A stretch of DNA of 64,000 nucleotides, taken from the NCBI GenBank assembly GCA_040954595.2, contig CM082597.2, positions 8,204,343-8,268,342 on the forward strand, read 5' to 3'. Shown piece by piece: positions 48,901 through 62,002 of the stretch. Positions within the stretch are counted from its first letter, which is position 1. Each line of letters opens with the position of its first letter. This DNA is from Balanoglossus misakiensis. Lineage: Eukaryota > Animalia > Hemichordata. The translations under genes were made by a program, and so were the position numbers. The notes under the pieces were generated by a model that was not told the origin of the DNA, ran no database searches, and was given only the letters and a program-made list of their open reading frames with translations.

Positions 48901-51011
48901 TTTTAATTTTGTCTATTAAATGACATTTCATGATAATATATCAAACTCAACACTTATTTAGGACAAAATGGCCAAAAATTAAAGAAAAACGAAAATTCCT
49001 TCAATTTTAAAAAAAGTGCAATATTGCAATGAAAAATGAAAATCTGATGTCTCACTGGTGTACATTTATTTCCATGAGCTCAAGTTAATGAGATGATGTT
49101 TTGTTTATGAAGTTTCATAACCGGAAATGTAACATCTTCATTGTTTCTTGCATTTTCCCATGGTGGCGGCCATAATCGCTTGCGGCAAAGCTTTATTATT
49201 TATCTGGTTAAAACTTGCATATGCACTCATATTTAGGGTTTATAATGCTTGTGTATAGTTCACTGCCTTCATCTGCATGGACTAATGGTAGTGCAGTTTG
49301 AAACAAAAATTATGAAAATTATCCCAAAAGTTGCAGCTTATATGCCTTCAAGTAATGGATAATTTGCATATTTAATTAATTAGTGCAATTAAACCCTTGA
49401 ATCCCGAGTTCCTGCACCAAGGTTAATTAAAAAAGTCAAACTGTTTCTACATAAATTATACCATATTTAAAAACACTATGCCACTTTCTAATCAATACAA
49501 TGCAAATTTGCATATTTAATGACTGTTCTGATTAGTGCTCTATTTCTGAAAATAATGCACTAAATGTGACGAAACTCGCCAGATGTATTGTTTTCACACT
49601 TATTCATAATATGAAACTTTTTTCAGAGACACAGTATACAGTGCAGTCATCAACAATCAAACTGCAAATTTGCTTAGTTAACTTTTCAAATTAGTGATAT
49701 ACTACTGAATTGAATGTATGTCTCTAAGAAAAAAAGTACAGATATTGTTACCATTGCAATAAATGTCAAGATTAATTGCCTATTTTTCTCCATATCTGGT
49801 TATGTCGTGTTTTTGTATCTCCCACAAACAGAGAAAAATGACCAGTATAGGTCTAGTTTGTCCAGGGATATAAACATGATATAGAATGCACAAAAACAAA
49901 AACAAACATGAAACTAATTTGCAAAGAACTTCAATAAACTATAACTTACTTGAGTTTTCACATAAAATGAGTTGGCTTTCCAAACAGTCACGATAGTTCC
50001 ACTGTTTATTTCTGTGAATTAAAAGTTATGAAGCATATTAACGTTTCACCACGCCAGTCAACCTGTGCATCTCTCAAACTATATAGAACGTTTTCTACAT
50101 TTTCCCCTTAATTTGATTAAAACCCGGAGATAACTGAGAATTGGGTGAACTTGATCTAAAATTTAGAAAACAATAGACAAATGTGGTAAATTATTGCACC
50201 ACATTTTGGTGTTCAAAGGTAACGATGAGACGAAACTGGAATATCTCAAACTTGAATGAAATTTCCCATAAATTCGAGGTATATAGGTGTGCAATTGCCA
50301 ATAATGTTCTTCCAGTCTGAAGACATTGCCAATTGCAACATCTGGATCTCATTCAAATGTAAATCTATTCTGTCCCAACTGATATATTTCAAAGATGGCA
50401 TAGTTCTGCACTTGATTCCCTGTGGTTGATATAAGTTAAGCAATATTAAAATGACAACACAAAAACATTATTTTTCATATTTAAATATATTGTCCAAACG
50501 CTCAACTCACTGTAGTGTGGCGCACTTTCCTAATTTCCTTTCAACCTGCGGCTTGTACATGTAGGTCAAAATGTCCCCGTCTCTTGTGACTGCGTTTCCG
50601 TTGTCAATTAACTGTCCATCTATCCAGAACGACGCGGTTGCGATGCCTCGTTTCTCTAAAGTGTTTACTATAGCTGTGTGTTTTTCTTCGCTGTCCACTT
50701 TAACAAGGCGAAGACCTAATCGCTCACAAACAGTGTAAGCTGTTTGTTGATTCATCCACCCGTAAACGATGTTGCAATCTGGATATCAAATCGTTAATCT
50801 TATTACAATCATACATGAAACAATGATAACATTCACGAGCTTCTGTTTTGAGGACCTTCAAACTTTCTGAACACGCCAAACACAAAATTAGTGTCTTACC
50901 TGCTTGCTGCAGTAATGTCATCGACAACATCACGAATGTAGCGACGAGCGTTAACTTCAAAGGTATTTCACGACAGTCTTGTAACATTTTACAGCTTCTC
51001 AGGCAAGCCAT
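39975..51011 (-). CDS. Lectin-GAIN array copy A: all 13 exons present, one splice donor appears damaged
   Basis: Exons 51011-50900, 50778-50511, 50011-49950, 45549-~45276, 44638-44568, 43778-43708, 43422-43332, 42871-42537, 42235-42127, 41749-41625, 41279-41051, 40508-40423, 40082-39975. It ends CLCNHLTVFSAMVGVVESDGRFHV*. The exon-4 donor reads GTAAATGAGT instead of GTAAT|GTGAGT. Confidence 0.72.
46358..47930. repeat. ~50-52 bp minisatellite, about 30 units, two alternating unit types
   Basis: Core GAATTCGGACATTGCC(A/T)GCGG-AGCTGAAC followed by TGAATTGTGTGAGTGCTTCCC or GGAATTTCGGCGAGTGCTTTGT. Period 50-51 measured at 46397, 46448 and 46498. Confidence 0.95.
48100..48444. mobile_element. MuDR/Mutator-like MITE, 9-bp TSD
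   Basis: ATCACCGAA|GGCTAGTTATACTTT ... AAAGTATAACTAGCC|ATCACCGAA, with ~85-110 bp inverted arms containing GTTTCGTT 8-mers. Confidence 0.9.
48843..49347. mobile_element. Kolobok-like MITE
   Basis: TTAA|AGGCACATGAGCTGCAAC ... GTTGCAGCTTATATGCCT|TCAA. Same body as 30682-31176. Confidence 0.78.
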
Positions 51012-52412
51012 GGTTGCGAGTTTGTGGCTAATCTGCGAGTATTTTTTGGACCAACATCTCAGAAAGAGATTAGGGGCTAAATGGAGATGCTACGCCGTGT
51101 TCCTTTATTTGTGCGTAATAGTAGCTACCGCCTGGGGTTGTTCGGACCAACCAACCGAAACGTTGTTGCGTCAATTGCCCCAACCCCTACACGCTTTGTC
51201 GAGTCAGTTCACCACAGGCGTTGCATCAGGATAATAATAATAATTTCATAGATAATATATAATGATCATTGTTGATACTGTACAGTAAACGCTGTAGACA
51301 CCGTATACTTATAACGCTTTGAACATTAATTCATTTAACTGATGTGTTATTGAGAAATGTGAATGCTTCACTGGCGACTGTAATATAAAATAGAACGTGT
51401 TCGCGAGGATAACAGTTAAAGCATTCTTGATACGTCAGCAAAAAGTTGAAATCATACATGATCACTTTATTGCATATCTGACCACCTGTATAGTCCTGCT
51501 GTGTGCATAATTGCAATATGCCAATATACATGGAACATCGACAAATGCATACTTATGATAAATACATTTATCCACGTGGAAGGAAGTCGCACTCAAAATG
51601 TTCAATGTTTAATTGATGGTTCGGCATCTCGCGATGAATCTTGTATGAGATTTTCCACCCTATTTTCACCAGTTAATGCGTGACTTTACTATTTATGTAT
51701 TAATGACAGTCATAAAATGAAAAGGAACGAATGAATATGAAACTTGTTGCTCCCGGTTAATGGATAAATTAAACAAAAGTGGTATTAATCATCAAAGTGT
51801 TCGAGTCATAACCAGCGGACATTATGTATAAAACATTTGCTGGACCCAGTTAAGGGAAATTCAGCATATTGTCTAGAAACACATTTTTCTCTTGAATGCA
51901 CATTCGATATATATGTTTAATGCCTTGCCTTTAACGCCTTCTTCACATAAATTTTCCCAGATATCTACATTTAAAAATTGATCGTCTGCCACTGTGTAGA
52001 GAATGCAAAATTTTCTAAAGCTTTGTAACAAACCTCATCAAGGAATAGTTATTTGATAGTCTTGTCGTGTCTTTCTTTGATGATGAGAAACATTCGTAGA
52101 GTCTGTCTGGTCAGGGTTGCCGTTGGGATGTAGGAGAGACGGGGACACATGTAGAGTATAACATTCAACGCCTATGACTTTATTTTAAAAAGGACCGGCC
52201 ATAGACATACAGGACAAGATTTGTAGTCCAGCCTTGACCAATAAAGAACCGCGCTCAAAACATATCTACTTGCTACAAATTATGACAAAAATCATTCAAT
52301 GATACAAGTCATATTTGAAAAGACATCTAAAATAATCTTGAACAACAAACCATAACTTCTGCAGAATGCGTTTCGTGTTGTCACCTGTTAGGACCAATCG
52401 GACGCCCCTGTG

Positions 52413-52472
52413 CTAAACGTGGCATCGTCCATCAGATGTGACGATTTCCACAATTGTCTTGAAAGCACTCAG
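52413..52472 (-). pseudogene. Remnant terminal exon of a further lectin-GAIN paralog
   Basis: Reads LSAFKTIVEIVTSDGRCHV*, homologous to LTVFSAMVGVVESDGRFHV*. The flank GCCCCTGTGCTAAACGTG is shared with 15408-15426 and 39966-39983. Confidence 0.7.
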
Positions 52473-52965
52473 TGTTTATTTCGTATTGTGGGTATTTGGA
52501 CTCACTAGCAAGGAATTGTGGGTAGTTGATGTTAAATTCAAGGATAGTAATACAGAACTATACATTTAAAGACTTTCTAACAAAACATATCAGATATATT
52601 CTCATAAGATATATAAAATACTGCTATTCATACACGATATAAAATACATTTTTAGAATACTTGTGTGTATTTGAATACAAGTACATTGGTTAGAATATTA
52701 CCAGTGGTATAAAAAATTTTATATAATTTTTTTTTCTTGACAGCCAAAAAGCTTTGAGAGAATAATTTGTTTAAGGCAAACTGTAGTTAATAAGAAATAA
52801 TTTTGCAAAATACGTTCATGATTTATAAAAGTTACTCCTACTTCATTTGTTTTTACCGTAAAGATCCAAATTGATTGATTGGATATTTCTAGTTTGTAAT
52901 CAATATTGACAAATTGGCTACCATTAATTTTCAGCAACTATTGAGTGTAGTGTTCATCTTCCCAT

Positions 52966-54026
52966 AAACTTTACAGGTGTGTTACGTAGTGTATTATGGG
53001 AAGGGTTACAGGTATTGGGGTTTTGCGTGCACATGGTAAGCTTAAGCAAAAATTTTCTAGGCCAAATTCAGTAGGCCTACATGTAAGTGTCACGTTTTTA
53101 GTTTATTTTCCTTCAAATGTCCATGAAATCGATCTGAAGATACATGTAGTTCCGATCTATATCATCTGCGAAAACAAGCGGCTACATGTTGGTAAAGCAA
53201 AAACCGGGTCACAATGCTCTACATGGTACTACTGCCCGTCTGTGTATTGGCCTCCCTGGCTTTTGAACGAACCACTCTCTACGAGCCACAGCGGCAACGC
53301 GTCTGTATGGTAGCGATATATTGGTGAGTAACTCATCTGCGAAAAGACTTGATACCGAAGTGAAGCCGTCCGACATTACAAACGCACATCTGGTGAACAG
53401 CAACAAAAAGTAAGCAGAATTTTGCAAGGTACGCGGGTTTTGTTAAACAGTAGGCCTAAAACAACCAACCTTGTTACATGTCGGTAGTGAAGCAAAATCG
53501 AAGTGAAGCATCTGGTTAGAGTAATACAAGCAAATCTGGGGATAATGTGATTTAGTATAATTTTCTAGAAATTTGTAGTGAATTTATTGCAACGTTAGTT
53601 TGTTTCTGGTGAATTGATTTTTGTCTATTTTATACTTTATCATGTTATGAAGACTCTCGAGAGCCACCAAGGCATTAGCTTTGTACGTCAGTAGACAAAA
53701 CTGTGAATGTGAAGCATTGAATGAAATGATCCGGAGACTGTCGCATATCCAGTTCGCTTTCAATTAACATAACAATTACTCTATTCAAATGAAATGTACT
53801 TTGAATACAGGTATAGAAGTAAATGTAATTATGCAAATAAAGCATTGTGTATTTGTATTTTTGTTACGACAGGTGAGACTGAGTCCTGCGGTAGTTCTAG
53901 AACCCCCGGAGGTAGTTCTAGAACTACCCGGGACTTGGTTTTCAACCTGTGGTTTTGTGTGAGACGGAGGTTCTCTCAGTGAATGACTTCTCTATTGAAT
54001 AGTGTGACGTCACGATCGTGGTTTAA
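52966..54026 (-). mobile_element. Inverted, truncated second copy of the 37494-38973 element
   Basis: Near-identical reverse complement of 37494-~38556. The spurious ORFs 37538-37726(-) and 53794-53982(+) match each other. Confidence 0.85.
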
Positions 54027-55148
54027 AAAGCCATATGTCTTAGTTTTTTGTGTTTTATTGTTGACATGAAGACCATGACACATCTGGAAAGAAATCTTGA
54101 TATAAAGAAAAATGTACTCTGGAATTTAGAAAATAAACATTTACAACTACTGTGTCTACTGACCCTCAAGGGATAAGGGTGTTTCACTTCTGTTGCAATG
54201 TCATTTCCATTGACACAAGTTCAGTTGCCAGTTAGCTATTCATTACACATAATAGCAAGACATAACAGTCTGTTTACGTCTGGGTGTGTTTAATATTAAC
54301 AATAAAGGCTGTCCCTTATATGATCAGAATATGTTGATTCCAGTAATTACAAGAAAACATATCAATTTAGTTTCAATTGTAGCAACTGTTATGATTTATC
54401 TGAGCTGAGAAAACATCTCTGCTTTGAAGATTTGTTTTGTGGCATCAAAACACAAAGTGAGTTTCCTATGAAGACAACATTCAGAAAGATTTTCAGGTAG
54501 GCTTGGAGGAAATAATGCTATCCAAATATGCGTTAGAGTACAGGTATAAAAATCTCTCATAACTACCCATCATGCATCAGTCAGACTGTGCTACTTGTAT
54601 CATAGAGCAAAACTAGCAAAAATATCCAAATATCAAATTTGTCTGTTGAAAAGTTTTATACAATACCATATAACTTTTAAATAGCTTCCAGGAATATTGT
54701 AATACAGTGAGTGTTCAATGGGGAAATGTACATAGATAGCGTGAAAACATTCTAGACATTTGATGAGCACAAAGTGAAAAGACACTGATAGAGTTATGAT
54801 ATCAAGTCAAAATGGATTGCAACAGTAATTGCCGCTGTAACTGGACATGCTGGTAGTAGAAACAACATTGGTTAGACTTTATGGTTGAACCCTGTGACTT
54901 GACAAGCATTTGCAGACACTGTACAGGCCATCCAGATGAAAAAAACATTGGAAACGACACAAAAACATGCTAACATACTAAGTGACTTGGCAAACAACTG
55001 ATATCAGCCATATGTGGTTTATTTTCCAGCCATCGATGACAGCGCGAGACTTCATTCTGACCTTTCCACCCCCGACAGTATGGTTCAGCCCATTGTTTTC
55101 AATGATATGGTTTAACCCATATACTATAAATGGGGTGAAAGTCTCTCT

Positions 55149-55275
55149 CTATGTTCTATTTTGTTGTGAAGCTATTAACTTAATAATTCTTCTTCCCAAG
55201 TGGGCATTGTGTTGTTGCAGGTATCTAATCATATCAGCTTGCTTCTCCAAAATATCATCCACCTGATTACTATCC
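55149..55275 (-). CDS. TMEM192: Last coding exon of TMEM192 (lysosomal membrane protein)
   Basis: After the acceptor TTTGTTACAG the frame reads DSNQVDDILEKQADMIRYLQQHNAHLGRRIIKLIASQQNRT*. This resembles the TMEM192 C-terminus as I recall it ([22 protein letters not shown]). Upstream exons were not located. Confidence 0.75.
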
Positions 55276-55427
55276 CTGTAACAAACAAAATACAAAAACA
55301 CTCATTAAAATCACGAATTTACTTCAATTCCAAACCAAGGTAGCGATTTGACGCGCTCGCCTTTGTGTGTGGCTGGGCAGCAGGTGTCTGCCGATGTCAA
55401 ACTGCCATAGCTGTAGTATACTATATC

Positions 55428-55583
55428 TACAGTATAGAGTCAAACCTGTATTAGTGGCTACCTCTATATAGTGGCCACTTTGTTACAGTCCCTGTGCAAT
55501 TTACATATGCATTAATTGACCTGTATATAGAGGCCATTATCTGTCTATAAAGGCCAGTTCAGGAGAGTCCCTTAACTGGCCAC
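55428..55583. mobile_element. Tc1/mariner (pogo-like) MITE, TA target
   Basis: ...GTCAAACCTGTATTAGTGG ... CCACTATAGACAGGTTCGACTG|TA inverted ends, sitting inside another small palindromic element. Confidence 0.6.
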
Positions 55584-56062
55584 TATAGACAGGTTCGACT
55601 GTACTACAGCAGATCGACATCATCAGGCACCTGTGCATGGGTCCTAATACAATGTACTTGTTCTAACTGTGGCCAAAACAAATTTGCTGGCATACCAAAT
55701 CCCCACCCCCAGAAATCAAATGGTTAATCTCCCCTAAGAAACAATACAACATATTTATTCCACATAAAGTGTAGAAAGAATTGTTATCATACAATCAGCC
55801 ACTGACTCACACAGTAACCTGCAATATAGGCCAACTCTTTCATTTTCTGTCAAAGTTTGCAACTGTTATCTTTGTGTAACGAATTGTCCATTGTGTTACT
55901 TCCAGAACTTTTGACCTCAACTTGTGGGTGGATTCAACACCCCAACCAGTTGAAAAACAGCTGTACTAGCCGAGATAAGAAGCGAATAGAAATTGGTGAC
56001 TGACAGTTCAATCAAGAACTGTTTATCTAGGAAATAAAGCCAAATGAAATGAAAACTAATTT

Positions 56063-57928
56063 CATATTGGGCCCCTTCTGTTATTGCTGGAGTTTTTCTT
56101 CTTTCTTCTTGAGTCGTCTTTTTGCTCCCTTTTTTCTCAAAAATCCCTGGACCTACGCCAATGAAACTTGGCACGGTGGTTTGGGCCCATGAGTACTGGT
56201 GCACCTGCCCTTTGAATTTGTAATTAGTCACGTGACTTGGTGGCTATAATCCAGCGAAATTTTCAAATTGACCTAATTTGCACGTTAATGGGGACATGTA
56301 CATTCTTTTCGCGATTTTTGTATACCATGTGGCCAAAATCCCCTGTGCCAAATTTCAAGGTCCTAGGCCACGTCGATTTTGAGAAGAAGATTTTTGTAAT
56401 ATTTTTCGCATTTTTTGGTGGGCTGAGGATGAACACTGGGGCATCGGTCATTACATAATGTTGTGGAAGTCTCAATAGCAGGGTACTCACTTCTGGCGGG
56501 TTGCAGTAGTCCTTGGAAAATCGGCTGAAATACGTAAACAGACCAGTGATTATTTTCCACAGAATGAATTTTGGGACAACACATTATCGGAGTTCAGGCT
56601 GTGTTAGGGCGTTTTATTGAATTACGCTGAGTTTGTTAGCTGTTGCCGTTATATGTGTCTACGCAGACCCGGCTACACTGTACTGGATAGTAGTTCGGGA
56701 AATCGGCCGAAATATACGTCAGCAGAACAATGATACTAGCAATAATTAGAGATCCGGCTTCGTTGCCGTTCAAAAGTTCCTACTTCAGTCGTGACGTTGC
56801 AACTGGGCGTTCAGTATGGGGTTCGGCCCGCAGGTGGCCTTGGGGGTTATCAGGTCGCCCGTAATGGCACGCAGCTTCATGCAGCTGTATGGGACCAAAA
56901 TAATACGCCCGATTCGGGGGTCACCTGTGACACCTGCGTAACTCAATTATGTGCATGCGTAATTGTGGGGTCAATGAAAGGGATGCTAGCGTGGTATTTG
57001 TTGCACATGGATCAATATGAAGTCCGATTTTCCTGTCAAGTTGTGGGCGACCTTATGTGACATTTCACCTACTTTTGCTTAGTGAATGACAGCAGATGCA
57101 TGCAGCTTTGGCGTGGGGGGATATACGGATGGGACCATAATGATATACCAAAGGCGGGGTCACCTGTTGCACCTGCCTAAGTCATTGATTTTGTACATTT
57201 AATTGGACACTAACCAACGGGGCGATATGTGTGGTTTTTGTGCCATACCTCAGCCCGTTGTACAGGTGCAGCTTTGGTATTTGGAGGGATGAAACTATCA
57301 TGAAATGCCAAATACAGGGGGATACCTGTGACACCTGCTTGATTCATATATTACGTGCATACCTAATGGTAGGCAAAGTGAAAGGGCTGCAAATGTAGGA
57401 TTTGTTGCACATGACATAAACAGGAATGAAATTTTTTTGTCAAATTTTGGGGTGACCTCAGGTGTCCATTGACCTGCTTTACATATGTTAGCATGCACAT
57501 CATATATAGTCAGGTGTTTGGAGGGGTAGGGTAGGACCATCAGGAAATGCTAAATTCCTGGGGCCACCTGTAACTTACTTGCGTAACTCATTATTATGGC
57601 CATATCTAATTTGACAAACCCAAAGGGCGAGGATTTTCCGTTGTCTTGAATATGAACCAAATAAGAATCCTAATTCTTCGCCCAATTTTTGGGAACCCTC
57701 AGCTGACCTTTGAAGTACTTACTGAAGTACTTACATAACGTAGAAGTTCACCTTTGGTTGTTGTGTTTGTACTTGTAGGACATCCATTTCGGGTGGTTGC
57801 CTACTTACCCATATCTCCACATCGAGAGCAAATACAGCCTACGCATTTGAATGGTATAACCCTGAATGGAGTCTAATGGTTATTCACTCTATGCTTGGGC
57901 CCTTTCAATGCTGCTTGCAGCTTTAATT
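56063..57928 (+). mobile_element. DINE/HINE-like (Helentron-derived) non-autonomous element
   Basis: GGGCCCC plus a CTT microsatellite near the 5' end; 3' end GCTTGGGCCC...GCTGCTTGCAGC-TTTAATT (subterminal repeat plus small hairpin). The last ~690 bp recur at 60116-60805. Confidence 0.65.
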
Positions 57929-60070
57929 TTAAGGTAATTTCTCTCCAGGGCTACATAATCAATAGCGTGGTTTAGAAACACTTCAGAGATGCGAACAAAT
58001 GTTATAGGTCAACGCCCAGGCCGGGTCAAAGTAAATTGTCTGGAGAGCTGAGCGTCTCACGTTGCCACACCTGTTCCAAGAGTAGAGAGTGTAATTGACC
58101 AATCACAAGGCCCGCTGTCTACCAGCTTCAGCGTGTGGATTGTATTGACCAACCAGAATTGTCGGGGTCTGAATTAATTAGCTGAACTCTGTTGGTGACC
58201 TAGTTGATTGAAAACGCTTGTCTAGTCATCAAATTTAAATATATATTAAAAACGCGTACATTGCAAGACAGTTTGCACCTGCTGGTCAAAAGTTCGGAAA
58301 GGTCAACGAAATGTGACTCAGTTCTTTCTGATAGGAATTTTTTAATGTCGCCACCAACGGCTAGTACGGCAAATAGGGATGTACTAGGAGAAATATGACG
58401 TTTCGGATAGTGTTGGAGGTTTTAATGACGTCACTGACAATTGTTTGAACCAAAGGTTATCGCACATGCTGCAAAAATTAATTCGAAAACATTTTGCTAA
58501 GCAAATTTCCCCTCGTGTTCGGATGATTTTAAATTTCTTTTCATTTGTTTTTCTATTGTGCCGTTGGGCAAAAATATGCAACGTGTTTGATATTTTTTCC
58601 CAGCGAGAAAATGTATTCAAGACTATGGCTAAATTTGCATAGGCGACTGTCATGGTGACGTGCACCTTCCGGGGTTTTGAAGCGCGGCCGGATGGATAGT
58701 CCCCATACACACTGAAATTCGCTGAACTTTACAAAAACATAGACATAGCGTAAGATTTTTACATGTGCAAAATGGGCAAACGCGCAAGTAACTTCGAACA
58801 CGCCCTTCTTAATTATCTTGTGCACTCTACAGTAGCAGATGTTTACCTTTAGGCTTGAACTGGGCATTTCATTACTGATTCAGATACATGTAACTGTATA
58901 CCTAAAATATCTACTCTTCACGTATTAAAATAATACATCTGCAGCTAGAATTCGCTAACGTTGCAGAAAGATAATTCGTGTATTTTAACATAATAGACCA
59001 ATGGATATCGTCTTCTGTTTTGTAGGAAGCTAGGCACTTTGCAGAAATTTGAGTTAAGCTAAACTTTGTGTTCACCGTCTCATTTTTTAATTAAAAAAAT
59101 CCCAAATTGACATTTCTCCATAGAATTAAAATAGAGCGTTGCGACTCTTTTGAATTTCAGATCTGTGAAAATGTTTTCTCTCGCATTCAAAATAATCCAC
59201 GGTAACGCCCAAAATTTAACTATCAATTTTAAGAGAGAATAAACTAAAGTTGCATGAGAAAAAACTGACCGTGAGCAAAATACATTATCGTCCAAGACAC
59301 TCCCTCGGTGTGAAATTTAAAACTATAGATAAAAAGCGTTGACGGGCAGTAAACCTGTTACGGTACACTCAACTGCCCGCAGCGCCTAAAATCTGGAGAT
59401 GATATCGCCATACGCGGGGAGTCATTTCATCAGATGCTCGTACAAGGTGCGTATCACCAGTGTCTTTCTGTTTTTCTGCAAGACTTTGACACATCTTTAG
59501 AATTACTAGTACTGCGATTCGCTCATGTCACAATGCAAGAGGCCAATACGTTCTTCAAACTGATTGAATGTTATGTGTTTCCGCGTATTCTCTTACAGGT
59601 TTTACTTGTAACCCAAGACCAAAAACCCAATCAGTGCAGTCATGTCAACGATTGTGAGAATTTATGTCTGCGTTTTGATGGTAATGGTCGCTGATGTGGC
59701 AGAGACAAGAAATGGAGAACGATGGAATGGTACGGTTGGCTTTGTTTTCATTCGATTACTTGCAAGTTAAACGTTACTTTGCGATATCGCCGAGTGCCAC
59801 GGTAAATATCCGACTCGGCATTTTTGTATAAATGTTCGATGTTGTTCACGGTGATATTCATAAATCTCTATTTGGTATTCACAGTTTTGCCACCATGTTG
59901 GCTAACGATTAGGCCGACATATGAGGGGATAGGTCGTGAATGTTCATTAACAAGAATGTACGCACACCATGATTGCATGTACTGTAGTTGATTTGTAAAG
60001 GTAGTGATTTTTTCACACGAAGAGCCATTATATGTGTGATTGTGTTATTGAAGTTGTTTTGGTCATATAT

Positions 60071-60805
60071 AATTAGGGGCCCAAGCGTAAGGTGATTTGG
60101 ATGACCTCTGTCGTACAGTGCCATATCTCAGCACGTTGTACAGGTGCAGCTTTGGTATTTGGAGGGATGAAACTATCATGAAATGCCAAATACAGGGGGA
60201 TACATGTGACACCTGCTTGATTCATATATTACGTGCATACCTAATGGTAGGCAAAGTGAAAGGGCTGCAAATGTAGGATTTGTTGCACATGACATAAACA
60301 GGAATGACTTTTTTTGTAAAATTTTTGGGTGACCTCAGGTGTCCATTGACCTGCTTTCCATATATTAGCATGCACAGCATATATAGCCAGGTGTTTGGAG
60401 GGGTAGGGTAGGACCGTCATGAAATGCTTAATTCCTGGGGCCACCTGTAACTTACTTGCGTAACTAATTATTATGGCCATACCTAATTTGACAAACCCAA
60501 AGGGCGAGGATTTTCCGTTGTCTTGAATATGAACCAAATAGGAATCCAAATTTTTGGCCCAATTTTTGGGTACCCTCAGCTGACCTTTGAAGTACTTACT
60601 GTATTACTTACATAACGTAGAAGTTCACTTTTGGTTGTTGTGTTTGTACTTGTAGGACATCCATTTCGGGTGGTTGCCTACTTCCCCATATCTCCACATC
60701 CAGAGCAAATACAGCCTACACATTTGAATGGTACAACCCTGAATAGAGTCTAATGGTTATTATCCCTATGCTTGGGCCCCTTCAATGCTTCTTGCAGCTT
60801 TAATT
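60071..60805 (+). mobile_element. Internally deleted second copy of the DINE/HINE-like element
   Basis: 5' AATTAGGGGCCCAAGC is inverted to 3' GCTTGGGCCCC. The body is near-identical to 57240-57928. Confidence 0.7.
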
Positions 60806-61120
60806 ACAATCGATGTCTCCTGATGACCATATGACGGTGCACCTTTTTCAAGCGATTGTCAAAGTGAAAATGTTCGATTTAGCTGCACAGTGGTTACACT
60901 TGCATCAATGACTGTATTCCGTTACCGTGTTTTGTTGTCGTTCACATATGTCGAGCGTGCCAGGAATATAACTTGGCGACCAATTTACACGAGTAAAAAT
61001 GGTGTTTGTTCCACGTTTATTTCAGAAGCCGGTGAAACCACGATGCTACACGCAAAACACTTTGATCACAGAAAAACACGAGATGTTTCAGACGCGCCCC
61101 AAGATTTTTACTTCGTCTTA

Positions 61121-61971
61121 GTTTCTGCTTCCTTGGAACTGGTAACTGTGAGTTACACGGGAGGGACAAAGCGGACGTCTGGTCCGATTCCCGGCACCGC
61201 TTCAACGAAAGACGTCGACATCGGCGACGGCGTGCTGCTCGGAGTGAGCGAAGCAAATGAGCTACAGACGAAAGAATCCATGTCGACACCCGGGTGGCAA
61301 ATTATTCCCAACTGCTGCTGTGTAATAAGTGCGGCTTGGTTCAATTCAAGGGATGAATCAGTTCTCGGTGTTAACGAAGACAACATGTTGGTTACGAGGC
61401 AGGCGTTTGGCAAACACCAGTAAACAGCGGAGGGGTGCTTACTGTTGTCGTGGCGAATTTTATGATTTTCGCCCTGTCACTGGCCAGTGACAGGCACACC
61501 ATCATGATGGCAGATGTTGAATATCCTTTTGAGTGGGTGCATTCATTTGTGGCTGATGATGGTCCTCCTCTCGCCGACTTCACATTCATATTCAGGCCGG
61601 GTGAAGAGCCTGCAGGTGTTCCTCTGTACGTGGGTAACTCCTACCTGGCGATCTGTGCTGGGAATCTGACCACCACAGGGAGTACAGACACAGCAGGTGA
61701 GAAAACGTGTTACATCAGAATGATATGAAATTTACAATACAAAACCAAATTCACAAATGTCTACCGACAAGTTCACTGTTGATTAACACTAACTGCTTGA
61801 CTGCCACACCCATTTCTCCCGTTCGTTCATTCCAGTATTATCTGTTCTGTTGGTGGGGGTTGACAATAAACTGTACTCGTGTACGGGTGGCCAAGCAGAA
61901 GATCCCATGAATCTCGAAGACACTGAACCGATCACTGATGTCGCAGTTTATTAATTTATTAATTAATCAAT

Positions 61972-62002
<31 letters not shown>

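Noticed and set aside
37538-53982. Pair of matching 62-aa ORFs (37538-37726 and 53794-53982)
   Set aside because: The identity is explained by the duplicated repeat element, with no evidence of coding.
57929-58852. Possible TIR element (AAGGTAA...TTACCTT)
   Set aside because: The inverted match is too short and the target site is ambiguous.
59400-59700. 86-aa ORF and a degenerate minus-strand frame
   Set aside because: No recognisable motif, and multiple stops on the more coding-like strand.
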